The notes beneath the pieces are model-generated. The model was not told where the DNA came from, did no database searches, and saw only the letters and a list, made by a program, of their open reading frames with translations. From Acidimicrobiia bacterium (lineage in GTDB: Bacteria; Actinomycetota; Acidimicrobiia; UBA2766): 64,000 nt of DNA. Location of the stretch: the NCBI GenBank assembly GCA_046331095.1, contig JAXLRM010000003.1:596001-660000 (forward strand). The letters run 5' to 3'. Below, in pieces: positions 28,414-38,605 of the stretch (the first letter of the stretch is position 1; each line of letters begins with the position of its first letter). A program made the position numbers and the translations under genes.

Positions 28414-29534
28414 CAGCGGAACACGTTGCGGATCCGGCTGATCATGCCGGGTGTGTCCGTGTTCTCTCCCCGGATCTCGGCGAGGCGGCGCAGGAGCTCC
28501 TCCGATTCGTCATCGAGGTTCGCGGGCGTCTCGACGAGGAGCGTGACGATGAGATCGCCGTTACCCGCGCCGCGCAGGTGCGGTACGCCTTGGCCGCGGT
28601 AGCGGATCCGCTCCCCGGTCGTGGTCCCCGGCATGACGTCCACCTCGACCTCGTCACCGGTGAGGGTCTCGAACACGACTCTCCCGCCGAGCGCGGCGGT
28701 CGTCATCGGCACGGACAGGTGCCGGTGCAGCTCGTCGCCGTCGCGGAGCCAGCCCTCGGGTGGTGTGGCGACGTGGAAGCGCACGTACAGGTCACCGGCG
28801 CCTCCCCCGCGTCTGCCGACGTCGCCGCGCCCGCTCATCCGCAGGCGTGCACCCTCGTCGACACCGGCCGGGACGTTGATCGCCAGGTGCTCGACCCTCG
28901 CGCTCCTGCCCTCGCCACGGCATTCCGGGCACGGGGAGGCGATGTGCTTGCCGGTGCCCTGACAGGCCGAGCAGGGCCCCGCCGTGACCATCTGGCCCAA
29001 CATCGTGCGGCGGACGTGCTGGACCTCGCCGCGGCCACCACACGTGGAGCAGAGAGCTGCTTCGGTTCCGGGGGCGGCACCGGTCGCCTCGCACGTCTCG
29101 CAAGCTGCGCGCACGCGCACGGCGACGTCGCGCTCGGTCCCGTAGACGGCCTCTACGAAGCTCAGCTCGACGTCGACACCGATGTCCGCTCCGGGCTCGG
29201 GTCCGCGCGGCCCCCCGAAACCTCCCCCGAAGGGGCTGCCACGCCCGAAGGGGTCGCCGCCGAAGATGGTCTCGAAGAGGTCGCCGATGCCGAATCCCGC
29301 ATCGGCGCCGGCACGCCCTTCGTCGCCGTAGGTGTCGTAGCGGCGCCTGCGGTCCGGGTCGGAGAGGACCTCGTACGCCGCGGTCACCGCCTTGAACTGC
29401 TCCTCGGCCGCGGGATCGTCGGGGTTGGCGTCAGGATGGTGTTCCCGCGCCTTCTGACGGAACGCGCGCTTGATCTCCTCTGACGACGCGTGTGGCGTCA
29501 CACCGAGGATCTCGTACAGATCTGCCACCGTCAC
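28413..29534 (-). CDS. dnaJ: Chaperone DnaJ
   Basis: 373 aa. J-domain DLYEILGV...HHPDANPDDP; G/F region; four CxxCxGxG zinc motifs (CETCEATG, CSTCGGRG, CSACQGTG, CPECRGEG). Confidence 0.95.
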   Translation of the reverse strand: MTVADLYEILGVTPHASSEEIKRAFRQKAREHHPDANPDDPAAEEQFKAVTAAYEVLSDPDRRRRYDTYGDEGRAGADAGFGIGDLFETIFGGDPFGRGSPFGGGFGGPRGPEPGADIGVDVELSFVEAVYGTERDVAVRVRAACETCEATGAAPGTEAALCSTCGGRGEVQHVRRTMLGQMVTAGPCSACQGTGKHIASPCPECRGEGRSARVEHLAINVPAGVDEGARLRMSGRGDVGRRGGGAGDLYVRFHVATPPEGWLRDGDELHRHLSVPMTTAALGGRVVFETLTGDEVEVDVMPGTTTGERIRYRGQGVPHLRGAGNGDLIVTLLVETPANLDDESEELLRRLAEIRGENTDTPGMISRIRNVFR

Positions 29535-29562
29535 TCCTGTGGGTGTGGGCGTCTTGGGCGGA

Positions 29563-30582
29563 TCAGCTGCCGTCCTGCAGGGTCGACTCGAGTTGGTCGG
29601 TCACCGCATGGACCGCCGACATGGCGTGGGTGTAGTCCATCCGCAGGGGACCGAGCAGCCCCAGTGCTCCGGTCGCGTCACCTGCCCGGTAGGGGGCGGC
29701 GACCACCGACATGGCATGCAGGGACGGTACCTCGGAGCCTATGCGCACGACCACACCGAGGCGTTCGCCTTCGACGAGGTGCTGGAGCAGCTCGGCCATC
29801 CTCTGCTGCTCGTCGAGGAGCTCCAGTACCTCTGCCAGCTCGTCCGCGGGACCGAGGACGCCGGCGAGGTGGGCGAGCCCGCCGCTGTAGAGCTCGGACT
29901 CGGCCGCGTCCGCCCGGTCGAGGGCGTCGCGTACCGACCCGAGCACGATCGCCACCTCCGGGTCGGGGTGCTGGACGGCAAGGGCATGCAGCTTCCACTC
30001 CGAAGAGCCGACCAGGTGACGGTTGAGTATCGCGTCGGCGACTGCGATGCGGTCGCTCGCGACGTCGGCCTCGGTCTCGACGGTCACCTTGACCACGCGG
30101 GCCGACCTGGTGACGAGCACGAGGAGGAGACTGCGGGGTTCGAGCATCGTGAGGTGCACCGATGCGAGAGCGGCGTCCTGCCAGTGCGGGGCCAGCACCA
30201 CTGCTACGAGGGATGTGAGGCTCGTGAGGAGCCGTGACGTGCCCGCGAGGAGGCGTTCGACGCCTGCGCCCACCTCGGCGAAGAAGTCACCGATCTCGTC
30301 CTGGTCACGGCTCGGGAGCCGCTTCGCCGACGCCCAGTTGTCCACGTACCAGCGGTACCCGTGTTCGGACGGCACCCTGCCCGCCGAAGTGTGCGGTTGG
30401 GAGATGAATCCGTCGGCCTCCAGTGCCGCCATGTCGTTGCGCACCGTCGCGGACGAGACATCGAGGCCTGATCGGCGTAGGACGGTGGCGGACCCGACGG
30501 GCACGGCGGAGTACACGTACTCCTCGATGATGGCCTTGAGGACGCGTTCCCTGCGCCGGCCCAGTTGGCTCGTGTCTCTCAT
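29563..30582 (-). CDS. hrcA: Heat-inducible transcription repressor HrcA
   Basis: Track ORF 29563..30768 trimmed to the ATG at 30582 (MRDTSQLGRRRERVLKAIIEEYVYSAVPVGSATVLRRS...ATVRNDMAALEADGFISQPHTSAGRVPS). Confidence 0.9.
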   Translation of the reverse strand: MRDTSQLGRRRERVLKAIIEEYVYSAVPVGSATVLRRSGLDVSSATVRNDMAALEADGFISQPHTSAGRVPSEHGYRWYVDNWASAKRLPSRDQDEIGDFFAEVGAGVERLLAGTSRLLTSLTSLVAVVLAPHWQDAALASVHLTMLEPRSLLLVLVTRSARVVKVTVETEADVASDRIAVADAILNRHLVGSSEWKLHALAVQHPDPEVAIVLGSVRDALDRADAAESELYSGGLAHLAGVLGPADELAEVLELLDEQQRMAELLQHLVEGERLGVVVRIGSEVPSLHAMSVVAAPYRAGDATGALGLLGPLRMDYTHAMSAVHAVTDQLESTLQDGS

Positions 30583-30808
30583 GGTCAGTGCCTGCGATCG
30601 TCCTCCGCAGGTTACCAACGACAAGCCGTGTTCCCCGCCGTCGACCCTGCGGCGACTGCCGGTGCCGTGGCCGGGAACCTCGGGGGTGCTTCCACGAGGA
30701 CTCGGTGGCCCAGGCAAGACACGACGGCGAGGCGGAGCGTGCTTCGGTCGAGGAGGCGGAACCAGCATGGGCCGGCGAGGACCGGGGGGACGCCGCGAAC
30801 GTTGTCGG

Positions 30809-31927
30809 TCACGGCACGAGGTCGAGGATCACGGCTCCCGCCACCGCCATGCCCCTCTCGGTCAGGCGCAGGCGCCCTCGGTCGTGAACCACGAGGCCCG
30901 CTCCGAGTAGGTGCGCGGGCACCGCGGCATCGTCGGGCCAGGCGAGCCCCGCGCTGCGACGCAGACCGAGCATGACTGCCTCGTCGCGCCGTTGGGCAGG
31001 GGTGAGAATCTCGATCCCTGCCGTCGGGTCGTCGGATTCCACGTAGGTGCGTGGGTGCCGGTGGTTCCAGCGCCGCTGCCGGGTCGCGGGGTCGTAGCTG
31101 TGGGCACCGTTGCCACAGCCCACGTAGGCCCCACCGCTCCAGTAGCGGAGGTTGTGCAGGCATGGCCTACCCCGCGACCAGTTGCTGATCTCGTAGCGGC
31201 TGTAGCCGGCGGCAGCGAGGCGTTCGCATGCGTGGGCGAGGCGCGTGGCGGCCGTGTCGTCGTCGGGTGCGGGCGCCCTCCCCGACGCCACCGCCCGGCC
31301 AAGGGGCGTCGCGTCTTCGACCGTGAGTGCGTAGCACGAGACGTGGTCGGGACTAACTCTCAACGTGAAGTCAAGCGTCTCCTCCCAGTCGTCGCTCGTC
31401 TCGGTGGGTACCCCATAGATGATGTCGAGGTTGAGTGTTGTCCCCGCGTGCGTGCGTACGTGTTCGATCGCCCGCATCGTGACCTCGGGATCGTGGCGGC
31501 GTTCGAGGAAACCGAGCACGGCGGGCGCCACGGACTGCACCCCGAGGCTCAATCGGTTCGCGCCGGCTTCGACGGCAGCCGCGACGACCTCGGCGTCGGC
31601 CGACTCGGGGTTCATCTCGACGGTGACCTCGGCGGCGGGAGTCCTCGGGACCGCGGCGACGAGGCGGTGGAGCAGCTCCGGGCCGAGCCGCGACGGCGTC
31701 CCGCCGCCCACGAAGACCGACGGTGCGGGTGTTCGGACCCTCTCGGAGATCTCGCGGACGACGCGGGCCACGTAGGCCTCCATGAGGTCGTCGACCTCGC
31801 TGAAGGCCGCGAAGTCGCAGTAGCCGCAGCGGTGCGAGCAGAACGGCACGTGGACGTACACCCCCACTCCGGTCGCGGCCAGTTCGCACCAGGACGTGTC
31901 GGCGGCGTCGGGCTCCGGCGGGCTCAT
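30809..31927 (-). CDS. hemW: Radical-SAM heme chaperone HemW (HemN-like, oxygen-independent coproporphyrinogen oxidase family)
   Basis: Track ORF trimmed to the ATG at 31927 (MSPPEPD...). Radical-SAM motif PFCSHRCGYCDF. The ATG shares 1 nt with the lepA stop. Confidence 0.9.
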   Translation of the reverse strand: MSPPEPDAADTSWCELAATGVGVYVHVPFCSHRCGYCDFAAFSEVDDLMEAYVARVVREISERVRTPAPSVFVGGGTPSRLGPELLHRLVAAVPRTPAAEVTVEMNPESADAEVVAAAVEAGANRLSLGVQSVAPAVLGFLERRHDPEVTMRAIEHVRTHAGTTLNLDIIYGVPTETSDDWEETLDFTLRVSPDHVSCYALTVEDATPLGRAVASGRAPAPDDDTAATRLAHACERLAAAGYSRYEISNWSRGRPCLHNLRYWSGGAYVGCGNGAHSYDPATRQRRWNHRHPRTYVESDDPTAGIEILTPAQRRDEAVMLGLRRSAGLAWPDDAAVPAHLLGAGLVVHDRGRLRLTERGMAVAGAVILDLVP

Positions 31928-33834
31928 CAGCTTCGGTCGATGCTCAGGGCGCTGATGAACGCTTCCTGGGGCACCTCGACGCTGCCCACCCGGCGCATGC
32001 GCTTCTTGCCCTCCTTCTGCTTCTCGAGCAACTTGCGCTTGCGCGTCACGTCGCCGCCGTAGCACTTGGCGATGACGTCCTTGCGCATGGCCTTCACGGT
32101 CTCACGTGCGATGATCCGGCCTCCCACGGAGGCCTGGATAGGTACGTCGAAGAGTTGGCGCGGGATCAACTTTCTAAGCTTCTCCGCGATCTGACGTCCG
32201 TATCTGTACGCGGACTCCTTGGGCACGATCGCGCTGAACGCGTCGACCGGATCACCGTTGAGCAACACATCGACCTTGACCAGATCGGCTGCCTCGTAGC
32301 CAGAAGGCTCGTAGTCGAGGCTTGCATACCCTCGCGTAGAGGACTTGAGGATGTCGAAGAAGTCGGTGATGATCTCCGCCAGTGGCAGCTTGTACTCGAC
32401 CTCGACCCGCTCGGCTGACAGGTACTCCATACGAAGCTGGATCCCGCGACGCTGTTGGCACAGCTCGATGACAGGGCCAACGTAGTCCTTCGGCACCAAC
32501 AGCGTCGCACGAACCATCGGCTCGCGGATCTCGTCGCGATGCTCCGGTAGCGCCGACGGATTGTCGATGACGATCTCGTGCCCGCTCGTATCCACTACGA
32601 CGTATTCAACCGTCGGCGCAGTCGCGACTATCGAGACGTCGTACTCGCGTTCGAGGCGTTCACGAATGATCTCCATGTGCAACATGCCCAAGAACCCGAC
32701 CCGAAAGCCGAAGCCGAGCGCACTCGACGTCTCCGGTTCGTAGGTAAAACTCGAGTCGTTGAGCCGGAGACGCTCGAGAGCATCTCGCAGCTCCGAGTAC
32801 TCTTCGCCCTCGGCGGGATAGATCCCGCAGAAGACCACGGGGTGCGGCTCGCGGTACCCGGGGAGAGGCTCCCCCGCCCCTGCCTTGGCGAGTGTGATCG
32901 TGTCGCCCACCTTCGCGTCGCGGACGCTCTTGAGACCGGGGATCACGTACCCGACCTCGCCGGGGCCGAGCGCACGGACGGGCTCGGGCCCCGGGGAGAT
33001 CACCCCGATCTCCTCGGCAAGGCAGTTCGCGTCGGTGGCGAGCATGCGGATCGCCGAGCCGCTCTCGAGCGTCCCGTCGAAGACACGCACGTTGGCGACG
33101 ACGCCGCGGTACTTGTCGTAGTGGGAGTCGAAGATCAGCGCACGCAAGGGCCCGTCCTGTTGCTCCGCACCTACCGATGGCGGCGGCACCCGCTCCACGA
33201 TCGCCTCGAGTAGGCCCGCCACCCCCGCTCCGGTCTTGGCCGAGATCGCGAGGACGTCCGCGGCGTCGAGCCCGAGGAGGTTCTCGATCTCCTCGGCGAC
33301 ACGCTCGGGTTCGGCCGAGGGCAGGTCGATCTTGTTCACGACCGGGATGAGGACGAGGTCGGCCTCCATCGCCATGAGGCAGTTGGCGAGTGTCTGCGCC
33401 TCGATCCCCTGTGCCGCGTCCACCAGGAGCAGCGCCCCTTCGCACGCGGCGAGGCTGCGGCTCACCTCGTAGTGGAAGTCGACGTGTCCGGGCGTGTCGA
33501 TGAGATTCAGCACGTACTCGCTGCCGTCGGAGTGCCGGTAGGGCATGCGGACCGTCTGGGCCTTGATCGTGATGCCGCGCTCGCGTTCGAGGTCCATCGA
33601 GTCGAGGTACTGGGCGCGCATCTCCCGCGGGTCGACGACGCCGGTGAGCTCGAGGAGCCGGTCGGCGAGGGTCGACTTGCCGTGGTCGATGTGGGCGATG
33701 ATGGAGAAGTTGCGCAACAGCGCGGGGGCGGTCACTCGCCCGATTATGGCCAGCGGATCCGTCCCGGCGCTTCCCGGGCCCGGCGGCACCGCTGCTAGGG
33801 TGGCTCGGTTGCCCGGGAACACCTCCCCCGACAA
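31927..33834 (-). CDS. lepA: Elongation factor 4 (LepA)
   Basis: [16 protein letters not shown]1 motif, [13 protein letters not shown], conserved LepA C-terminus. The track start is a TTG. A GTG near 33735 ([13 protein letters not shown]) is a plausible true start. Confidence 0.95.
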   Translation of the reverse strand: MSGEVFPGNRATLAAVPPGPGSAGTDPLAIIGRVTAPALLRNFSIIAHIDHGKSTLADRLLELTGVVDPREMRAQYLDSMDLERERGITIKAQTVRMPYRHSDGSEYVLNLIDTPGHVDFHYEVSRSLAACEGALLLVDAAQGIEAQTLANCLMAMEADLVLIPVVNKIDLPSAEPERVAEEIENLLGLDAADVLAISAKTGAGVAGLLEAIVERVPPPSVGAEQQDGPLRALIFDSHYDKYRGVVANVRVFDGTLESGSAIRMLATDANCLAEEIGVISPGPEPVRALGPGEVGYVIPGLKSVRDAKVGDTITLAKAGAGEPLPGYREPHPVVFCGIYPAEGEEYSELRDALERLRLNDSSFTYEPETSSALGFGFRVGFLGMLHMEIIRERLEREYDVSIVATAPTVEYVVVDTSGHEIVIDNPSALPEHRDEIREPMVRATLLVPKDYVGPVIELCQQRRGIQLRMEYLSAERVEVEYKLPLAEIITDFFDILKSSTRGYASLDYEPSGYEAADLVKVDVLLNGDPVDAFSAIVPKESAYRYGRQIAEKLRKLIPRQLFDVPIQASVGGRIIARETVKAMRKDVIAKCYGGDVTRKRKLLEKQKEGKKRMRRVGSVEVPQEAFISALSIDRS

Positions 33835-33848
33835 GGAACTCCGCGACA

Positions 33849-34118
33849 GTGGCGAACATCAAGCAGCAGAAGAAGCGCAACCGCCAGAGCGAGATCGCCC
33901 GCGTACGCAACAAGTCGGTCCGCTCGGAGGTCAAGACCGCGGTACGCCGCCTCGACGAGGCGGTCGCGGAGGGCGACCGCGAAGCCGCCGCCGAACGGGC
34001 ACGCGATGCGCAGAAGAAGATCGGTGTCGCGGGCCGCAAGGGCGTCCTGCACAAGAACACCGTCGCCAGGCGCCAGTCGCGGGTCGCCAAGAAGGCAAAC
34101 GCTGCCGCCGAGGGCTGA
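33849..34118 (+). CDS. rpsT: 30S ribosomal protein S20
   Basis: 89 aa. [30 protein letters not shown]. Confidence 0.95.
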   Translation: MANIKQQKKRNRQSEIARVRNKSVRSEVKTAVRRLDEAVAEGDREAAAERARDAQKKIGVAGRKGVLHKNTVARRQSRVAKKANAAAEG

Positions 34119-34139
34119 TCGCCACTCGGTCGCGTTCGG

Positions 34140-35144
34140 TCAGCGCCGACGCCTGTTCGGCCCCCTGGAGCCGAGGATCGACCCGAGGCGGACGACTTCG
34201 GTCTCGAGCACGGTGCGGGCGTCGAGTCCGGTCCCGCCCCTGATGGCGACATCGGCACGCGCCACGACCCTGTGCGCGGCCACGAACGCCTGCGGGGGGA
34301 GACGGCACACCTTCTCGTAGACCTTCTTGGCGGGGTAGGCCTTCAAGGAGAGCTCCACCTCGACCTCCGACGCGGACGCCGGATCCAGCTCGGACGCTGC
34401 CACGAGCCGCCGCACGTGGTTCGCGATCGCCGTGTTGACCTGCATCGGGTGCATGTCCGCGAGCAGGCCCTCCAGCGCACGCAGAGCAGCCGCGGTGTCC
34501 CCGGCGTCGATCGCGTCCGTGAGGTCCCAGGTCTTGGCGAGAGCCGGGCCCGAGACCAGCTCGGAGACGGCGGCCACGCCGAGGCGCTCACCACCGGGGT
34601 GCGCGGCGCCGAGTTGGGCGGCGACCGCCTCGATCGCGCCGGCGTCGGGGCCCAGATGTTCGGCCAGGTAGGTTGCCGCCGCCCGGTCGATGCCGGCACC
34701 GTGGGAGCGCACGGCGTCTGAGATGAACGCGGCGAGATCAGGCGTGCGTGGTGGCGGTGCCGACTCCTCGAGTACCACCCCACCGGCACCACGGATCGCG
34801 GCCTCGAGCTCCTTGTACGCCTTCGTGGCCCTCCCGCTGCGCACGTGTACCAGGACCAGCGTGGTGGACGCGGTCGGCTCCGTGCAGTAGGCGGCGATGA
34901 GCGGGATCGTCTCCTCGGTGATCGCGTGACGCAGCGTGACGAGGCGGTCGGCACCGAACATCGGCGGGGTCCTGGCCGCCTCGACGGCCCGAGCCACCAC
35001 GTCGGGGTCGCTGCCGTCGAAGTCGTCGATGCCGGCCGCCAGATCGAGGGTCCCGGCGAGGGCGTCGCGTTCGGATGCGAATCGGTCGACGACCTGGAAC
35101 TGATCCGTTCCCGTCACGAGCAGGATTCGGGCCGCGTCGCTCAT
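34140..35144 (-). CDS. holA: DNA polymerase III delta subunit (HolA)
   Basis: C-terminal 334 aa of track ORF 34140..36410, starting at the ATG at 35144 (MSDAARILLVTG...). PPMFGADRLVTLRH is a delta-like motif. Position between rpsT and comEC is the standard Gram-positive synteny. ATGA overlap with the folP stop. Confidence 0.8.
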   Translation of the reverse strand: MSDAARILLVTGTDQFQVVDRFASERDALAGTLDLAAGIDDFDGSDPDVVARAVEAARTPPMFGADRLVTLRHAITEETIPLIAAYCTEPTASTTLVLVHVRSGRATKAYKELEAAIRGAGGVVLEESAPPPRTPDLAAFISDAVRSHGAGIDRAAATYLAEHLGPDAGAIEAVAAQLGAAHPGGERLGVAAVSELVSGPALAKTWDLTDAIDAGDTAAALRALEGLLADMHPMQVNTAIANHVRRLVAASELDPASASEVEVELSLKAYPAKKVYEKVCRLPPQAFVAAHRVVARADVAIRGGTGLDARTVLETEVVRLGSILGSRGPNRRRR

Positions 35145-35965
35145 GTCGCCTTTGCCTCCAGGATCGCTTCGAGGACGCGCCGGACGCGCACGGTCCCGAC
35201 GACGTCGTGTACCCGCAGTATGCGTGCCCCCTGGCAGAACGCGAGAGCGGCGGTGGCGAGCGACGCAGGGTTGCGCTCGTCGACAGGGCGATCGAGGAGG
35301 GCACCCAGGAACGGCTTGTTCGACGCGGACAGGAGGACCGGCAGGCCCAGGTCGACGAGGTCGCGGGTGTGCGCGAGGAGTTCGAGGGATTGACGGGCGC
35401 TCTTGCCGAGGTCGAGTCCGTGGTCCAACACGATGCGCTCGTCCTCGATGCCCGCGACGCGGCAGCGGTGCACTCGCTCGAGCATGAACTCGACGACCTC
35501 GCCGCGCAGGTCCCGGTACCGGGGGTCGGGGTTCGCCACCCGTGGCTTGCCTTGGATGTGGCAGATCACGACGCCGGCGCCCGTCCGGGCGGCGAGTGGC
35601 ACCATCTCCGGGTCCATCAACCCGCTGATGTCGTTGACGAGGGCCGCGCCTGCGTCGATCGCTACCGCTGCCACCTCGGCGCGCCACGTGTCGATGCTGA
35701 TCGGGACGTCGAATCGTGTCGCGACCGCCTCCACCGCCGGGATGACGCGGGACAACTCCTCGCCGGTGTCCACGAAGTCCCCCGGGCCCGCCTTGACGCC
35801 GCCGATGTCGACGATGTCGGCACCCTGGTCGACCATCTCCTCGACCCGGCCCAGGGCGCGATCCATCATCCAGTAGCGACCCGCGTCGTAGAACGAGTCG
35901 GGGGTCCTGTTGAGGATCCCCATGACCAGGGCACGGTTGTCGATCGTGAAGCGGTGCGGTCCCAT
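35141..35965 (-). CDS. folP: Dihydropteroate synthase-family (pterin-binding) protein, non-canonical loop 2
   Basis: Track ORF 35141..36340 trimmed to the ATG at 35965 (MGPHRFTIDNRALVMGILNRTPDSFYDAG). DIGGVKAGPG replaces the canonical DIGGESTRPG. SIDT, NDISG and RVHDV motifs are present. The upstream track codons read through the repeat cluster. Confidence 0.8.
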   Translation of the reverse strand: MGPHRFTIDNRALVMGILNRTPDSFYDAGRYWMMDRALGRVEEMVDQGADIVDIGGVKAGPGDFVDTGEELSRVIPAVEAVATRFDVPISIDTWRAEVAAVAIDAGAALVNDISGLMDPEMVPLAARTGAGVVICHIQGKPRVANPDPRYRDLRGEVVEFMLERVHRCRVAGIEDERIVLDHGLDLGKSARQSLELLAHTRDLVDLGLPVLLSASNKPFLGALLDRPVDERNPASLATAALAFCQGARILRVHDVVGTVRVRRVLEAILEAKAT

Positions 35966-36079
35966 CGCCACCGTGGCGCCCGAGAGCACGACCGGCTCGA
36001 TCGGGGGGCGGGCGGACACGGGTTCTGGCACGCCACGGCAGGGTAGCTGAGAACCTCCCCTCCCCCCGGGCGGCCGCCA

Positions 36080-36358
36080 CCCCCCTCCAAACGCGGGCAA
36101 CACGGCCCGCACACGACACAGACCACCCGCGTTTGGGGGCGGCCCCCCTCCTCCCGGGCGGCCCGCCCCCCCTCCAAACGCGGGCAACATGGCCCGCACA
36201 CGACACAGACCACCCGCGTTTGGGGGACGCCCCCCCTCCAAACGCGGGCAACACGGCCCGCACACGACACAGACCACCCGCGTTTGGGGGACGCCCCCCT
36301 CCAAACGCGGGCAACACGGCCCGCACACGACACAGGCCACCCGCGTTTGGGGGGCGCC
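36080..36358. repeat. Palindromic intergenic repeat cluster 4 (4 tandem units, 87/64/63-bp spacing, loop subfamily A)
   Basis: The unit CCAAACGCGGG-CAACACGGCCCGCACACGACACAGACCA-CCCGCGTTTGG starts at 36087, 36174, 36238 and 36301. It lies between the comEC stop and the folP start. Confidence 0.9.
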
Positions 36359-36361
36359 CCG

Positions 36362-38605
36362 TCACCGGGAGGTGGTCACCCGGAGGTCGCCGGGACTGGC
36401 TCCCGCGCACACGTCCACCGTGCCCGACTGGTCGGTGCGGTACTGCCGTGCACTCCTGCCGGCGTACAGGTCGAGCGCTTCGCGGGTCGGGTGCCCGTAG
36501 GAGTTCGGGCCGACGGGCACCACGGCGATCTCGGCGCGGGCCTCCGCGGCAAGGGCGGCGTCCTGGTCCTTGCTGCCGTGGTGGGGCACCTTCGCGACGT
36601 CGACGTCGCCGACGTCACCCAGCACCCGATGCTGGACCTCTGCCGAGGCGTCGGAAGGCAGGAGCACGCGCATCCCGGCGACATCGGCTATCCCCACGAG
36701 GGCGACGTCGTTGCCCTTCCGGGCTACGGTTCCGGGGTCGGGATGGAGGACGCGCATGCGGACTTCGCCGGCCTCGACGACGTCGCCACGCGCCACGGTG
36801 CGCACCGGTACCCCGGAGGCGCGGACGAGGCTGTCGGTGGCGCGGCTCGTGTCCGACGGCCAGGTCATCCCGTCGGGCACGACCACGAGGGCGGGACGTG
36901 AATTGCCCAGGACGGTCGACGTCGCCGCGACGTGGTCGGAGTCCCCGTGGGTCAGGACGAGCACGTCGACACGACCGACTCCGAGGGCACGCAGCCCCTT
37001 GTCCAGCTTCGCGGGGTCGCGGCCGGTGTCGACGAGGACGGTGGCACCGTCGCGCCCGACGAGCAGGGTGGCGTCGCCCTGGCCCACGTCGACGAAGGCC
37101 GCCCCTGGACACGGTGCTGCCGTCCCGGTACCCGAGACGAGGCCGGCAACGACGAGACCGACGACTGCAACGATGGCGGCCGCAGCCCGGGTCCGCCCAC
37201 GGCGCCGGAGCCACAGGACCACGAGCACTCCGGCCACCACGAGGACGATCCCCGACAGAGTCGCTCGCGAGACCTCCAGGTCGGCACCCGGCGCGCGCGC
37301 GGCGATGGACCCGATGCGTACGAGCAGCCCGACGGGAGGACCGAGGAGGGCGAACACGGGCGGATGGAACCAGCCGATGACACTCAGGGCTGCCCCGGCC
37401 ACGGTGAGGGCACCGGCGAGGGGCACTGCGACGAGGTTGGCCACGAGCCCGACGGCAGAAACCCGTCCGAACTGCCAGACGAGCACGGGCGCCACGGCCA
37501 CCTGGGCCGCGGTACTCACCCCGATCGCGACCGCTATCGGCGCCGGTACTCGCGGCATCAGGCGGGCTGCGATCGGCCGTGCGAGCGCGAGGATCCCGGC
37601 GGTCGCGGCGGCGCTCAACTGGAACCCCACCGAGGCAGCCAGGAACGGGTCGCACACGACGAGGGCCAGCACTGCCGTGGCGAAGGCACGAACGGGATCG
37701 CGCAACTCCCCCGTCCACGAGACCACGAACGCGGTTCCCGCCATCGCTGCCGCGCGCAGCACCGACGGCTCCGCCCGGGTGACGAGGACGTAGAACGCGA
37801 CCACGGTTGCTGCTACGACGATGCGTGGTCGCCGTCCCATCGGGATGCGCCCGAGGACGAATCCGACGGCGGCGAGAACGAAGCCGAGGTTCGAACCGGA
37901 GACGACGAGGAGATGGGACAGGCCACCGCGGCGGAAGTCATCGACGGTCTCCTGGGACAGCGAGGAGTCGTCGCCGTCGAGCAGACCGAGGAGGACTCCC
38001 CCGCGCTCGTCTCCCAGGGCGCTGACGACGGCCGTGTGGAGACTCTTACGCACTGCGTTCGCCGCCGCCAGCGGAGCGGGTGGACCGTCCAGGATCGTGA
38101 CCTGAGCGCCGACGACGTCTGCGGCGACGCGCTTGTAGTGCATACGTCGGGCCATGTCGGCGTCGGCCGGCGGTGGGCGCGCCGTCCCGCGTACGGACAC
38201 ACGGGCACCCAGAGGAAGTGGGGTATCCACGCCGAGCAGGCGGACGCGGCGGCCCGGCAACCTGACGATCTGGGTGCCGTTTCCGAGGTCCGAGCCCACG
38301 ACGCCCTCGGACCTCAGCGACGTCGGTTCCTCGACGGTGGCCGCGGCAACGCGTGAGTGTGCGGTCGCGGCGAGGCCGAATCCCAGGACGATCCACACGA
38401 CGAGCACTCGTGCCGGATGTGCCCGCCGCGCCAAGGTGGCAGCCCCGGCAGCCAGGGCAGCGGCGGCACCGATGCCGAGCGGTACGGCCACTGCTGCCGC
38501 CAGCCAGCAGCCTGCGCAGAAGCCGACCACGGCGACGACCAGGGGCGCGCGCCACACCGCCGGGCGTGTCACAGGATCCGGTGACACTGCGGTGACCGGC
38601 GTCAT
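36362..38605 (-). CDS. comEC: DNA internalisation competence protein ComEC/Rec2 (with metallo-beta-lactamase domain)
   Basis: 747 aa. Polytopic membrane core; C-terminal MBL motif [10 protein letters not shown]...HHGS. Confidence 0.9.
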   Translation of the reverse strand: MTPVTAVSPDPVTRPAVWRAPLVVAVVGFCAGCWLAAAVAVPLGIGAAAALAAGAATLARRAHPARVLVVWIVLGFGLAATAHSRVAAATVEEPTSLRSEGVVGSDLGNGTQIVRLPGRRVRLLGVDTPLPLGARVSVRGTARPPPADADMARRMHYKRVAADVVGAQVTILDGPPAPLAAANAVRKSLHTAVVSALGDERGGVLLGLLDGDDSSLSQETVDDFRRGGLSHLLVVSGSNLGFVLAAVGFVLGRIPMGRRPRIVVAATVVAFYVLVTRAEPSVLRAAAMAGTAFVVSWTGELRDPVRAFATAVLALVVCDPFLAASVGFQLSAAATAGILALARPIAARLMPRVPAPIAVAIGVSTAAQVAVAPVLVWQFGRVSAVGLVANLVAVPLAGALTVAGAALSVIGWFHPPVFALLGPPVGLLVRIGSIAARAPGADLEVSRATLSGIVLVVAGVLVVLWLRRRGRTRAAAAIVAVVGLVVAGLVSGTGTAAPCPGAAFVDVGQGDATLLVGRDGATVLVDTGRDPAKLDKGLRALGVGRVDVLVLTHGDSDHVAATSTVLGNSRPALVVVPDGMTWPSDTSRATDSLVRASGVPVRTVARGDVVEAGEVRMRVLHPDPGTVARKGNDVALVGIADVAGMRVLLPSDASAEVQHRVLGDVGDVDVAKVPHHGSKDQDAALAAEARAEIAVVPVGPNSYGHPTREALDLYAGRSARQYRTDQSGTVDVCAGASPGDLRVTTSR

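Noticed and set aside
30583-30808. CIRCE operator (TTAGCACTC-N9-GAGTGCTAA) upstream of hrcA
   Set aside because: I scanned both strands of the 226-bp upstream region. Only weak half-site resemblances were found (GGCACTGAC, AGCACGCTC), with no inverted partner.
34140-36410. 756-aa ORF treated as one gene
   Set aside because: It is composite. Only the C-terminal 334 aa (HolA) look like protein. The upstream part is an out-of-frame read across folP and the repeat cluster (PNAGGLCRVRAVLPAFGGG repeated).
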